Assembly: GCA_965655095.1 (NCBI GenBank)
Contig: OZ296648.1
Coordinates: 50,592,001-50,656,000 of the forward strand
DNA length: 64,000 nucleotides
Reading direction: 5' to 3'
From: Haplodiscus bocki
Taxonomy: Eukaryota
The notes under the pieces were generated by a model. The model was not told the origin of the DNA. It worked only from the letters and a program-made list of their open reading frames with translations, and ran no database searches. Within the stretch, counting starts at the first letter, position 1; every line of letters starts with the position of its first letter. Shown piece by piece: positions 26,851-41,250 of this stretch. Position numbers and translations under genes: made by a program.

Positions 26851-29800
26851 TCTTGAGAAACGAAATTACGGTCCTCGATAACTACAGGTTTAATTTCTGT
26901 CATAGGGAATCTGTACGGAAAAATTTTCACTTTCCTTGGAGAATTGGTTGAAAAAATCATTGATTTTTCATCCCTCTATCACATTCCAGACATTCCGAAT
27001 TTTCCGACAGGTTCAACTTTTTGTGATAAAGCCTGATATTCACATTCAGTTATCTCGTTAACGATCGATTTGATTTCTTCATTAGCAAGCCCATCCTAAA
27101 ATGTATTTTAAGAAAAAAGATTTCGATTGAAACTCATTGAGTTAAATCTGTTCAACAAAATCCAGATAATAACAAAAAGCGAAGGTGGTTCTATCATTGA
27201 TTTATCGCGGCTTTCAAAATAATACTTCTCCGTAACTACAGGTTTGATACCCTCATCAAGCCTTCATTGGAGCCCTTTTTACTTTTGGAAGAGAGTTCGA
27301 TGGAAATGTCATTTAGGATGTTCTTTGAATCAGAATCTTGAGAGTCTGATCGGTGCAAAAGGAACTGTTGGGTCTGATCCATCTTGAGATACGAGTTGCT
27401 TTTTCTCCATAACGGCCAGTTTAAATTCATTCTTCACAGTCTCCATTGACAGATAATTAATTTGCTGAGGAATTCCGGTTTTAAAAAGCAGTGACTTAGT
27501 TGCTTGACCGGGAATCCTGATAGTTGGAAAAAGACAACGAATTGCTATTTTTTCTGACGTTCTTCTTTTCATTCCTTTTCTTCAACTCATGGTTCTCTAA
27601 TTTCGCTGACTAGTGAGCGCGCAATTTTCGGCGAATGAATTTCAGTGCTTTGAAAAGTACATATACATCAACGTTTCCGCGGTTTGGAAGCAACACGCAG
27701 CAGATTCGAATCCGGCTTTCGGCTTAAGTTTTTCCAATTTTAGATACTGGTTTACGGATTCTTCTATTTTTAAACGAAAAACAGATGTTTTCTCAACAAA
27801 AGTCAGCGATTTCCGATCAATGGGCTCTATTTTGTCGGAAAAATTCCAGTTTCTAGGGTAATTGGAGCAAGTAGGTTTTTGGCAATTTTTTCACAAAAGT
27901 GTTTTTCCAAGGGATACGTATGAAGTTGAAAGTTTGTAAATCTGCTGAAAAGTATAATTGTGGTGTTAATAACTAATTTTTTTCAATTTCTGGTTGTCAG
28001 TTTTTACAGTACCCTTGTTTCTACTGTGTCAAAACAATTTGACTTCAGAAAAACTGGTAGAGGAAGATAAAGTTCTTGGTCTTTGGAGTGAAGAAAGCTA
28101 GAAAACGCATTCAGTCTCGAAACTCTTCTTGGTTGCTAGTATTTCTTCTCCAAAAGTCCAACACCCTTTTCTTTCCTCTATGTCTCAACCCGGCGGTTTG
28201 TATGTATTAAGCGTATTCCTTCAAAAACGGTGGTTCAGTGCCTTGTGAACGGATAGTACTAATTTTCAGAAGCTGCAATCATTATTGAGCTGTCGCGTAT
28301 TCGAAATCTTCGTCTCAGCAACTATTGGTTTGATTTTTTCCATCAATGTCTGAACGGTAAAAGTCACCTAGGTAAAAGGAGATAAAAACCAGAGAAAGAA
28401 CTTTTTGCAACATGTATCAAGTTCCTGTTTGTCCAGAGTTTAACAAAAAGGTACTTAGACAAGATTGTCTCGGTTTGCAAACTCCAACAACTCAAAAACT
28501 ATAAATTGGCTTTCTTGCAATTGGGACTATTTGACAACATTTTTCCTCGAGGGGCGCATTTCGTAAAAAACTGGCCATTTTTCATGCCTGCATCACATAC
28601 AGAAGAAATCGAAAAAACCTAAAGAGCTACTGATAATGTGTCTTCTTGAGAAACGAAATTACGTTCCTCGATAACTACAGGTTTAATTTCTGTCATCCAG
28701 AATCTCTATGGAATGTTTTTCGCTTTCAATGGAGCACTGGTTGGAAAAGTCCTGGATTTTCATCCTTGTATCAGAATCCTGATAGCCCGAGATTTCCGAA
28801 AGGTTCAACTAGTTTTGATAAAGCTTGATATCCACATTCAGTTATCTCGTTAACGATCGATTTGATTTCTTCATTAGCGTGCCAATCCTAAAATGTATAT
28901 TTACAGAAAAGATTTCGATTGAAACTCCTTGAGTTAAATCTGTTCAACATAATCCAGATAATAACAAAAACCGAAAGGGGTTCTATCATTGATTTCTCGC
29001 GGTATTCAATATAATACTTTTCCGTAACTACAGGTTTGATGCCATCATCAAGCCTTCACTGGAGCCCTTTTTACTTTTTGGAAGAGAGTTCGATGGAAAT
29101 GTCATTTAAGATGTTCTTTAAATCAGAATATTGGGAATCTTATTGGTGCAAAAGGAACTGTTGGTTCCGATCCATCTTGAGATACAAGTTGCCTTTTCTC
29201 CATAACGGCCAGTTTAAAATCATTCTTCACAGTCTCGATTGACAGATAAGTAGTTTGCTGAGGAATTCCGGTTTTACAAAGCATTGACTTCGTTACTTGA
29301 CCAGGAATCCTGATATTTTGAAAAAGACAACGATTTGCTATTTTTATGACGTTCTCCTTTTCCTCCCTTTCCTTCAACTCATGGTTCTTTATTTTCGCTG
29401 ACTAATGAGCGCGCATTTTTCGGCGAATAACGTTCAGTGCTTTGAAAAGTACATATGCATGAACGTTTCCGCGGTTTAGAAGCAACAAGCAGCAGATTCG
29501 AATCCTGCTTTCGGCTTAAGTTTTTCCAATTTTAGATACTGGTTAACGGACTCTTCTTTTTTTAAACGAAAATCAGATGTTTTCTCAACAAAAGTCAGCG
29601 ATTTCCAATCAATGGGCTCTATTTTGTCGGAAACGTTTCCCGATTTCTACAGTAATTGAAGCAAGTAGGTTTCTCGCATTTTTTTTCACAAAAGTGTGCA
29701 AAAAGTGATTTTCCAAGGGATACGTATGAAGTTGAATGTTTGTAAATCTGCTGAAAAGTACAATTGTAGGTGTTAATAACTAGTTTTTTTGATTTTCTGG

Positions 29801-32800
29801 TTGTCGGTTTTTCCAGTACCCTTGTTTCTATTTTTTCAAAACAATTTGACTTCAGAAAAACTGGTAGAGGAAGATAAAGTTCTTCATCTTTGGAGTGAAG
29901 AAAGCTAGAAAACGCATTCAGTCTCGAAACTCTTCTTGGTTGCTAGTATTTCTTCCCCAAAAGTCCAACACCCTTTTCTTTACTCTATGTCTTAACCCGG
30001 CGGTTTGTATGTATTAAGCGTACTCCTTCAAAAACGGTGGTTCAGTGCCTTGTGAACGGATAGTACTAATTTTCCGAAGCTGCAATCATTATTGAGCTGT
30101 CGCGTATTCGAAATCTTCGTCTCAGCAACTATTGGTTTGATTTTTTCCATCAATGTCTGAACGGTAAAAGTCACCTACGTAAAAGGAGATAAAAACCAGA
30201 GAAAGAACTTTTTGCAACATGTATCAAGTTCCTGTTTGTCCAGAGTTTAACAAAAAGGTACTTAGACAAGATTGTCTCGGTTTGCAAACTCCAACAACTC
30301 AAAAACTATAAATTGGCTTTCTTGCAATTGGGACTATTTGACAACATTTTTCCTCGAGGGGCGCATTTCGTAAAAAACTGGCCATTTTTCATGCCTGCAT
30401 CACATACAGAAGAAATCGAAAAAACCTAAAGAGCTACTGATAATGTGTCTTCTTGAGAAACGAAATTACGTTCCTCGATAACTACAGGTTTAATTTCTGT
30501 CATCCAGAATCTCTATGGAATGTTTTTCGCTTTCAATGGAGCACTGGTTGGAAAAGTCCTGGATTTTCATCCTTGTATCAGAATCCTGATAGCCCGAGAT
30601 TTCCGAAAGGTTCAACTAGTTTTGATAAAGCTTGATATCCACATTCAGTTATCTCGTTAACGATCGATTTGATTTCTTCATTAGCGTGCCAATCCTAAAA
30701 TGTATATTTACAGAAAAGATTTCGATTGAAACTCCTTGAGTTAAATCTGTTCAACATAATCCAGATAATAACAAAAACCGAAAGGGGTTCTATCATTGAT
30801 TTCTCGCGGTATTCAATATAATACTTTTCCGTAACTACAGGTTTGATGCCATCATCAAGCCTTCACTGGAGCCCTTTTTACTTTTTGGAAGAGAGTTCGA
30901 TGGAAATGTCATTTAAGATGTTCTTTAAATCAGAATATTGGGAATCTTATTGGTGCAAAAGGAACTGTTGGTTCCGATCCATCTTGAGATACAAGTTGCC
31001 TTTTCTCCATAACGGCCAGTTTAAAATCATTCTTCACAGTCTCGATTGACAGATAAGTAGTTTGCTGAGGAATTCCGGTTTTACAAAGCATTGACTTTGT
31101 TACTTGACCAGGAATCCTGATATTTTGAAAAAGACAACGATTTGCTATTTTTTATGACGTTCTCCTTTTCCTCCCTTTCCTTCAACTCATGGTTCTTTAT
31201 TTTCGCTGACTAATGAGCGCGCATTTTTCGGCGAATAACATTCAGTGCTTTGAAAAGTACATATGCATGAACGTTTCCGCGGTTTAGAAGCAACAAGCAG
31301 CAGATTCGAATCCTGCTTTCGGCTTAAGTTTTTCCAATTTTAGATACTGGTTAACGGACTCTTCTTTTTTTAAACGAAAATCAGATGTTTTCTCAACAAA
31401 AGTCAGCGATTTCCAATCAATGGGCTCTATTTTGTCGGAAACGTTTCCCGATTTCTACAGTAATTGAAGCAAGTAGGTTTCTCGCATTTTTTTTCACAAA
31501 AGTGTGCAAAAAGTGATTTTCCAAGGGATACGTATGAAGTTGAATGTTTGTAAATCTGCTGAAAAGTACAATTGTAGGTGTTAATAACTAGTTTTTTTGA
31601 TTTTCTGGTTGTCGGTTTTTCCAGTACCCTTGTTTCTATTTTTTCAAAACAATTTGACTTCAGAAAAACTGGTAGAGGAAGATAAAGTTCTTCATCTTTG
31701 GAGTGAAGAAAGCTAGAAAACGCATTCAGTCTCGAAACTCTTCTTGGTTGCTAGTATTTCTTCTCCAAAAGTCCAACACCCTTTTCTTTCCTCTATGTCT
31801 CAACCCGGCGGTTTGTATGTATTAAGCGTACTCCTTCAAAAACGGTGGTTCAGAGCCTTGTGAACGGATAGTACTAATTTGCCGAAGCTGCAATCATTAT
31901 TGAGCAGTCTCGTATTCGAAATCTTCGTCTCAGCAACTATTGGTTTGATTTTTTCCATCGAGGTCTGAACGGTAAAAATCACCTACTTAAACGGAGATAA
32001 AAACCAGAGAAAGAACTTTTTGCAACATGTATCAAGTTCCTGTTTGTCCAGAGTTTAACAAAAAGGTACTTAGACAAGATTGTCTCGGTTTGCAAACTCC
32101 AACAACTCAAAAACTATAAATTGGCTTTCTTGCAATTGGGACTAATTGAAAACATTTTTCTTCGAGGGGCGCATTCCGTAAAAAACTGGCCATTTTTCAT
32201 GCCTGCATCAGATACCTGAGAAATCGAAAAAACCTAAAGAGCTACTGACAATGTGTCTTCTTGAGAAACGAAATTACGTTCCTCGATAACTACAGGTTTA
32301 ATTTCTGTCATCCGGAATCTCTATGGAATGTTTTTCACTGTCAATGGAGCACCGGTTGGAAAAGTCATCGATTTTCATCCTTGTATCAAAATCCTGATAG
32401 TCCGAGTTTTCTGAAATGTTCAACTAGTTTTGATAAAGCTTGATATCCACATTCAATTTTCTCGGTAACGAACGTTTTGATTTTTTCACTGGTGTAGCAA
32501 TCTTAAAATGTATATTTATAGAAGAGGTTTTGATTGAAACTCCTTGGAACAGCAAAATCCAGATAATAACAAAAAACGAACGTGGTTCTAACATTGATTT
32601 ATAGCGGTATCCAAAATAATACTTCTCCGTAACTACCGGTTTGATACCCTCATCAAGCCTTCATTGGAACTATTTTTACTTTTGGAAGAGAGTTCGATGG
32701 AAAGGTCATTTAGGATGTTCTTTGAATCAGAATCTTGAGAGTCTGACTGGTGCAAAGGGAACTGTTAGTTCTGATCCATCTTTAGATACAAGTTGCCTTT

Positions 32801-35800
32801 TCTCCATAACGGCCAGTTTAAATTCATTCTTCACAGTCTTCATTGACAGATAATTAATTTGCTGAGGAATTCCGGTTTTAAAAAGCATTGACTTTGTTAC
32901 TTGACCGGGAATCGTGATAGTTGGAAAAAGACAACGAATTGCTATTTTTTCTGACGTTCTTCTTTTCCTTCCTTTACTTCAGCTCATGGTTCTCTTTTTT
33001 AGCTGACTAATGAGCGCGCATTTTTCGGCGAATAACATTCAGTGCTTTGAAAAGTACATATGCATGAACGTTTCCGCGGTTTAGAAGCAACAAGCAGCAG
33101 ATTCGAATCCTGCTTTCGGCTTAAGTTTTTCCAATTTTAGATACTGGTTAACGGACTCTTCTTTTTTTAAACGAAAATCAGATGTTTTCTCAACAAAAGT
33201 CAGCGATTTCCAATCAATGGGCTCTATTTTGTCGGAAACGTTTCCCGATTTCTACAGTAATTGAAGCAAGTAGGTTTCTCGCATTTTTTTTCACAAAAGT
33301 GTGCAAAAAGTGATTTTCCAAGGGATACGTATGAAGTTGAATGTTTGTAAATCTGCTGAAAAGTACAATTGTAGGTGTTAATAACTAGTTTTTTTGATTT
33401 TCTGGTTGTCAGTTTTTACAGTACCCTTGTTTCTACTGAGTCAAAACAATTTGACTTCAGAAAAACTGGTAGAGGAAGATAAAGTTCTTGATCTTTGGAG
33501 TGAAGAAAGCTAGAAAACGCATTCAGTCTCGAAACTCTTCTTGGTTGCTAGTATTTCTTCTCCAAAAGTCCGACACTCTTTTCTTTCCTCTATGTCTCAA
33601 TCAGGTGGTTGGTACTTATTATGCGTATTCCTTCAAAAACGGTGGTTCAGAGCCTTGTGAACGGATAGTACTAATTTGCCGAAGCTGCAATCATTAATGA
33701 GCTGTCTCGTATTCGAAATTTTCGTCTCAGCAACTATTGGTTTGATTTTTTCCATCAAGGTCTGAAGTGTAAAAGTCACCTACGTAAAAGGGAGCAAAAA
33801 CCAAAGAAAGAACTTTTTGCAACATGTATCAAGTTTCTGTTTGTCCAGATTTTGAGAAAAAGGTACTTAGACATGATTGTCCCGGTTTGCAAACTCCAAC
33901 AACTCAAAAACTATAAATTTGTTTTCTTGCAATTGGGACTCAATTGAAAACAATTTTCTTCGAGGGGCGCAATGGGTGAAAAACTGGCCATTTTTCATGC
34001 TTGCATCACATACATGAGGAATCGAGAAAAAACCTAAAAAGCTACTGATAATGTGACTTCTTGAGAGACGAAATTACGTTGCTCGATAACTACAGGTTTA
34101 ATTTCTGTCATCCGGAATCTCTATGGAATGTTTTTCACTTTCAATGGAGCACTGGTTGGAAAAGTCATCGATTTCCATCCTTGTATCAAAATCCTGATAG
34201 TCCGAGATTTCCGAAATGTTCAACTAGTTTTGATAAAGCTTGATATCCACATTCAATTTTCTCGGTAACGAACGTTTTGATTTTTTCACTGGTGTAGCAA
34301 TCTTAAAATGTATATTTATAGAAGGGGTTTTGATTGAAACTCCTTGGAACATCAAAATCCAGATAATAACAAAAAACTAACGTGGTTCTAACATTGATTT
34401 ATCGCGGTGTCCAAAATAATACTTCTCCGTAACTACCGGTTTGATACCCTCATCAAGCCTTCATTGGAACTATTTTTACTTTTGGAAGAGAGTTCGATGG
34501 AAAGGTCAATTAGGATGTTCTTTGAATCAGAATCTTGAGAGTCTGATTGTTGCAAAAGGAACTGTTGGTTCTGATCCATCTTGAGAAACAAGTTGCCTTT
34601 TCTCCATAACGGCCAGTTTAAATTCATTCTTCACAGTCTCCATTGACAGATAATTAATTTGCTTAGGAATTCCGGTTTTAAAAAGCATTGACTTTGTTAC
34701 TTGACCGGGAATCGTGATAGTTGGAAAAAGACAACGAATTGCTATTTTTTCTGACGTTCTTCTTTTCCTTCCTTTTCTTCAACTCATGGTTCTCTAATTT
34801 CGCTGACTAGTGAGCGCGCAATTTTCGGCGAATGAATTTCAGTGCTTTGAAAAGTACATATACATGAACGTTTCCGCGGTTTGGAAGCAACACGCAGCAG
34901 ATTCGAATCCGGCTTCCGGCTTACGTTTTTCCAATTTTAGATACTGGTTTACGGATTCTTCTATTTTTAAACGAAAAACAGATGTTTTCTCAACAAAAGT
35001 CAGCGATTTCCGATCAATGGGCTCTATTTTGTCGGAAAAATTTCCAGTTTTTAGGGTAATTGGAGCAAGTAGGTTTTTGGCATTTTTTTCACAAAAGTGG
35101 GCAAAAAGTGATTTTCCAAGGGATACGTATGAAGTTGAAAGTTTGTAAATCTGCTGAAAAGTATAATTGTAGGTGTTAATAACTAATTTTTTTGATTTTC
35201 TGGCTGTCAGTTTTTACAGTACCCTTGTTTCTACTGTGTAAAAACACTTTGACTTCAGAAAAACTGGTAGAGGAAGATAAAGTTCTTGATCTTTGGAGTG
35301 AAGAAAGCTAGAAAACGCATTCAGTCTCGAAACTCTTCTTGGTTGCTAGTATTTCTTCTCCAAAAGTCCGACACTCTTTTCTTTCCTCTATGTCTCAATC
35401 AGGTGGTTGGTACTTATTATGCGTATTCCTTCAAAAACGGTGGTTCAGAGCCTTGTGAACGGATAGTACTAATTTGCCGAAGCTGCAATCATTAATGAGC
35501 TGTCTCGTATTCGAAATTTTCGTCTCAGCAACTATTGGTTTGATTTTTTCCATCAAGGTCTGAAGTGTAAAAGTCACCTACGTAAAAGGGAGCAAAAACC
35601 AAAGAAAGAACTTTTTGCAACATGTATCAAGTTTCTGTTTGTCCAGATTTTGAGAAAAAGGTACTTAGACATGATTGTCCCGGTTTGCAAACTCCAACAA
35701 CTCAAAAACTATAAATTTGTTTTCTTGCAATTGGGACTCAATTGAAAACAATTTTCTTCGAGGGGCGCAATGGGTGAAAAACTGGCCATTTTTCATGCTT

Positions 35801-38480
35801 GCATCACATACATGAGGAATCGAGAAAAACCTAAAAAGCTACTGATAATGTGACTTCTTGAGAGACGAAATTACGTTGCTCGATAACTACAGGTTTAATT
35901 TCTGTCATCCGGAATCTCTATGGAATGTTTTTCACTTTCAATGGAGCACTGGTTGGAAAAGTCATCGATTTCCATCCTTGTATCAAAATCCTGATAGTCC
36001 GAGATTTCCGAAATGTTCAACTAGTTTTGATAAAGCTTGATATCCACATTCAATTTTCTCGGTAACGAACGTTTTGATTTTTTCACTGGTGTAGCAATCT
36101 TAAAATGTATATTTATAGAAGGGGTTTTGATTGAAACTCCTTGGAACATCAAAATCCAGATAATAACAAAAAACTAACGTGGTTCTAACATTGATTTATC
36201 GCGGTGTCCAAAATAATACTTCTCCGTAACTACCGGTTTGATACCCTCATCAAGCCTTCATTGGAACTATTTTTACTTTTGGAAGAGAGTTCGATGGAAA
36301 GGTCAATTAGGATGTTCTTTGAATCAGAATCTTGAGAGTCTGATTGTTGCAAAAGGAACTGTTGGTTCTGATCCATCTTGAGAAACAAGTTGCCTTTTCT
36401 CCATAACGGCCAGTTTAAATTCATTCTTCACAGTCTCCATTGACAGATAATTAATTTGCTGAGGAATTCCGGTTTTAAAAAGCATTGACTTTGTTACTTG
36501 ACCGGGAATCGTGATAGTTGGAAAAAGACAACGAATTGCTATTTTTTCTGACGTTCTTCTTTTCCTTCCTTTTCTTCAACTCATGGTTCTCTAATTTCGC
36601 TGACTAGTGAGCGCGCAATTTTCGGCGAATGAATTTCAGTGCTTTGAAAAGTACATATACATGAACGTTTCCGCGGTTTGGAAGCAACACGCAGCAGATT
36701 CGAATCCGGCTTCCGGCTTAAGTTTTTCCAATTTTAGATACTGGTTAACGGACTCTTCTTTTTTTAAACGAAAATCAGATGTTTTCTCAACAAAAGTCAG
36801 CGATTTCCGATCAATGGGCTCTATTTTGTCGGAAAAATTTCCAGTTTCTAGGGTAATTGGAGCAAGTAGGTTTTTGGCATTTTTTTCACAAAAGTGGGCA
36901 AAAAGTGATTTTCCAAGGGATACGTATGAAGTTGAAAGTTTGTAAATCTGCTGAAAAGTATAATTGTAGGTGTTAATAACTAATTTTTTTCAATTTCTGG
37001 TTGTCAGTTTTTACAGTACCCTTGTTTCTACTGTGTCAAAAAAATTTGACTTCAGAAAAACTGGTAGAGGAAGATAAAGTTCTTGATCTTTGGAGTGAAG
37101 AAAGCTAGAAAACGCATTCAGTCTCGAAACTCTTCTTGGTTGCTAGTATTTCTTCTCCAAAAGTCCAACACCCTTTTCTTTCCTCTATGTCTCAACCCGG
37201 CGGTTTGTATGTATTAAGCGTATTCCTTCAAAAACGGTGGTTCAGTGCCTTGTGAACGGCTAGTACTAATTTGCCGAAGCTGCAATCATTATTGAGCTGT
37301 CTCGTATTCGAAATCTTCGTCTCAGCAACTATTGGTTTGATCTTTTCCATCAAGGTCTGAAGTGTAAAAGTCACCTACGTAAAAGGGAGCAAAAACCAGA
37401 GAAAGAACTTTTTGCAACATGAATCAAGTTCCTGTTTGTCCAGAGTTTAACAAAAAGGTACTTAGACAAGATTGTCTCGGTTTGCAAACTCCAACATCTC
37501 AAAAACTATAAATTGGCTTTCTTGCAATTGGGACTATTTGAAAACATTTTTCTTCGAGGGGCGCACTTCGTAAAAAATTGGCCATTTTTCATGCCTGCAT
37601 CACATACATGAGAAATCGAAAAAACCTAAAGAGCTACTGATAATGTGTCTTCTTGAGAAACGAAATTACGTTCCTCGATAACTACAGGTTTAATTTCTGT
37701 CATCCAGAATCTCTATGGAATGTTTTTCGCTTTCAATGGAGCACTGGTTGGAAAAGTCCTCGATTTTCATCCTTGTATCAGAATCCTGATAGCCCCAGAT
37801 TTCCGAAAGGTTCAACTTGTTTTGATAAAGCTTGATATCCACATTCAGTTATCTCGTTAACGATCGATTTGATTTCTTCATTAGCGTGCCAATCCTAAAA
37901 TGTATATTTACAGAAAAGATTTCGATTGAAACTCCTTGAGTTAAATCTGTTCAACATAATCCAGATAATAACAAAAACCGAAAGGGGTTCTATCATTGAT
38001 TTCTCGCGGTATTCAAAATAATACTTTTCCGTAACTACAGGTTTGATACCATCATCAAGCCCTCACTGGAGCCCTTTTTACTTTTGGAAGAAAGTTCGAT
38101 GGAAATGTCATTTAGGATGTTCTTTAAATCAGAATCTTGAGAATCTTATTGGTGCAAAAGGAACTGTTGGCTCCGATCCATCTGGAGATACAAGTTGCCT
38201 TTTCTCCATAACGGCCAGTTTAAAATCATTCTTCACAGTCTCGATTGACAGATAAGTAGTTTGCTGAGGAATTCTGGTTTTACAAAGCATTGACTTTGTT
38301 ACTTGACCGGGAATCCTGATAGTTGGAAAAAGACAACGATTTGCTATTTTTTATGACGTTCTCCTTTTCCTCCCTTTCCTTCAACTCATGGTTCTTTATT
38401 ATTGCTGACTAATGAGCGCGCATTTTTCGGCGAATAACATTCAGTGCTTTGAAAAGTACATATGCATGAACGTTTCCGCG
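26850..38480. repeat. C subfamily domain 1 (~6.5 units)
   Basis: C diagnostics: gagttcgatggaaa, cataacggccagtttaaa, aaaagacaacga, gagtgaagaaagctagaaaacgc, tcgaggggcgc. Near-identical neighbours lie at offsets 1807 (28646/30453) and 1797 (34061/35858). Confidence 0.88.
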
Positions 38481-41250
38481 GTTTGGAAGCAACAACCAAC
38501 AGATTCGAATCCTACTTTAGGCCTTAGTTTTTCCATTTTTAGATAGTCAATAAGGCATTATTTCTTTTCGCCAAAAAACTAAAGTTTTACAACAAAATTC
38601 AGCAATTTTCGATCATTGGGCTCACTTTTGTCGGCAAAAGTTTCCAGTTCTTATCGCATTTGAAGCAATTAGTTTTTTTTGCGTTTTTTTCCAAAAAGTG
38701 GGCAAAAATCGTAATTTCAAAGAACCCGTATGAAGTTGAAAGTTTGTAAATCTGCTGAAAAGTATAGTTGTAGGTGGTAATAATTAATTTTTTTGAAATT
38801 CTGTTTGCCCGTTTCTCCAATACCCTTGTTTCTGGTAGGTCAAAACAATTTGACTTCAAAAAAACTGGTAGTCGAACATGTAGTTCTCTAATCCTCAGAC
38901 TGAAGAAAACCAGAAAGCGCATTCAATTTTGAAAGTCTTCTTTGTTGCTACAATTTCCTACCCATAGGTGCAAAGCTCTTTTCCTTCATCGTTGTCTCAA
39001 TCAGAGCGCTTGCACTTGCTTAGCATATTTTTTCAAAATGGTGGTCCAGTGCCTTGTGACCAGATAGTACTAAATTTCCTAAGATCTTATCAATATTGAT
39101 CTACTTCGAATTTGAAATTTTCATCCCAGCAAATACAGAATTGATATATTCCATCATGGTCTGAACAGAAAAACTCATATACGTGAAAAGGCGTTAGTTC
39201 CAGTCAAAATGATTGTTTTGAAATATAAGTCAAGTTCCTGTTCGTCCAGAGTTTGAGAAAAAGTTCTGAGACCAGTTTCCTTCGATTTTCAATCTCGAAC
39301 AACTCAGAAACTACAGGTTTGATCTCTTACACTGAGGACCTAATTGAAAACTTTTTTCTTGGAGAGGATATTTCGGTTAAAATTGGCTGAGTTCCATGCT
39401 TGCATCACAGTCATGAGAAACCGAAAAATCCCAAAAAGCTACTGATAATAAAACTTTTTGAAAAAAGGATTCACGTTTCTCGATAAGTAGAGGTTTAATT
39501 TCTGTCATTGGGGTCTCAATGTAAGGCTTTCTACCTTCATTGGAGCATTGGATGAGAAAGTCATTCTTTTCCACCCTGCAAGAAAGTCCTGACGGTCCGA
39601 AATTTCCGGAAGGTTCTGCTAGTTTAGATAAACTTCGAAATTCACATCCATTTATTTCCGCAACTACAGGTTTGATTTCTCTCAACAGCGTGATAACCTC
39701 AAAACGTATACTTAGAAAAAAGATTTCGATTGAGCATCATTGAGTAGTCCACTTAATTAAAATCCGGATAATAACAATTATTGACGGTGGTTTTGTCACT
39801 GGTTTCTCACGGTATTCAAAAACATATTATTCCAGAACTACAGGCTTGATGCCTTCACCACGCTCTCACTCGAACAATTTTTACTTTTGGAGGAAATTTC
39901 GACTGAACTGTCTTTCAACGTGTTCATTAAATCAGAATTCTCATAATGTGAGAGGTGCAAAGGAGCTATTAGTTTTGATTCATCTTGAGATACAAAATCA
40001 TTTTTTCTCCTGAATTGCCAGCATAAAAACTTTTTTTCAAAGTCTCACTGGACACACATTTAATTTGCTGAGGAACTTTTTGTTTTAGAAAGTAATGATT
40101 TGATTCCTTGAGCAGGAACCTTGTTCTCTGGAAAAAGAGAACAAATGGTTGCTTTTTTTGACGTTTCTACTTTGTGTTAACTCATTGTTCTCAATAGCCG
40201 CTGGTTAATGTGGGCGCATTTCTCGGCGAAGAAATTTTAGTGTTTTGAAAATTACTTATGTATGAATGGTTCCGCGGTTTGGAAGCAACAAGCAGCTGAT
40301 TCAAATCCTGCTATGGGCCTGAATTTGTCCATTTATAGATACTCGTTAACGCATTCTTTTTTTAACCAAAAAACCATTATTTTCTCAACAAAATTCAGCG
40401 CTTTTTGATCATTGGGATCCATTTTGTCGGAAAAATTTCCAGTTGCTATTGCATTTGAGGTAAAATGGTTTTCCGCAAATTTTTTTCAAAAATGTGTGAA
40501 AAATCATTTTTCCAAAGAACCCGTATGAAGTTGAAAGTTTGTAAATCTGCTGAAAAGTGTAATTGTAGGTGTTAAAAACTATTTTTTTTTGAATTTTTGT
40601 TTGTCAGTTTTTCCAATACCCCCGTTTCTACTGGGTCAAAACAATTTGACTTCGAAAAAACTGGTAGTGGAGCATATAGTCCTCTGATCCTCAGACTGAA
40701 GAAAACCAGAAAGCGCATTCAGTTTTGAAATTCCTCTTTGTTGCTACTATTTCTTCTCCAAAATTCCAAAGCTCTTTTTTTTTCATCTATATCTCAATCC
40801 CAACGCTTGCACTTGCTACGCGTACTTCTTCAATATGGTGGTTCACTGCTTTTTGACCGGATAATACTAATTTTCCTAAAGTGCCATCTTTATTGATCTA
40901 TTTCGAAATTGAATATTTCATCTCAGGAAACCAGAAATGATTTATTCCACCATGGTCTGAACAGAAAAATTCATATACGTAAAAGCGAATCAATTCACGG
41001 AAAAGTTTTGTTTTGAAGCATGTGTCAAGTTCCTGTTTTTCCAGCTTTGAGGAAAAGGTACTGAGACAAGTTTTCCTCGTTTTCAATCAAACAACACAGA
41101 AATTACAGGTTTGGTTTTTTCCATTGGGGACTGAATCAAAAAAAAATTTTGCAGAGGAGCATTCGGTTACAAACTGGCTGAATTTCATTCTTGAACCACA
41201 TTCATGAGAAACCGAAAAATCCCAAAGTGCTACTGATAATGTTTCTTCTT
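38480..41250. repeat. A'/B' cassette embedded between C domains (second copy of ~24.1-26.85 kb)
   Basis: It matches the first copy at offset 14393-14396 (24206/38599, 25147/39540, 26617/41013), including the same A'-to-B' junction gccgctggttaatgtgggcgc at 25807 and 40200. Confidence 0.88.

Noticed and set aside
29420-29516. Tandem tRNA, 5S, snRNA or spliced-leader RNA gene array (ggcgaat...gattcgaatcctgctttcggc resembles tRNA ends)
   Set aside because: No cloverleaf could be built, the spacing is too long, and no short highly conserved island stands out against a variable spacer. No 5S, U-snRNA or SL sequence was recognised.
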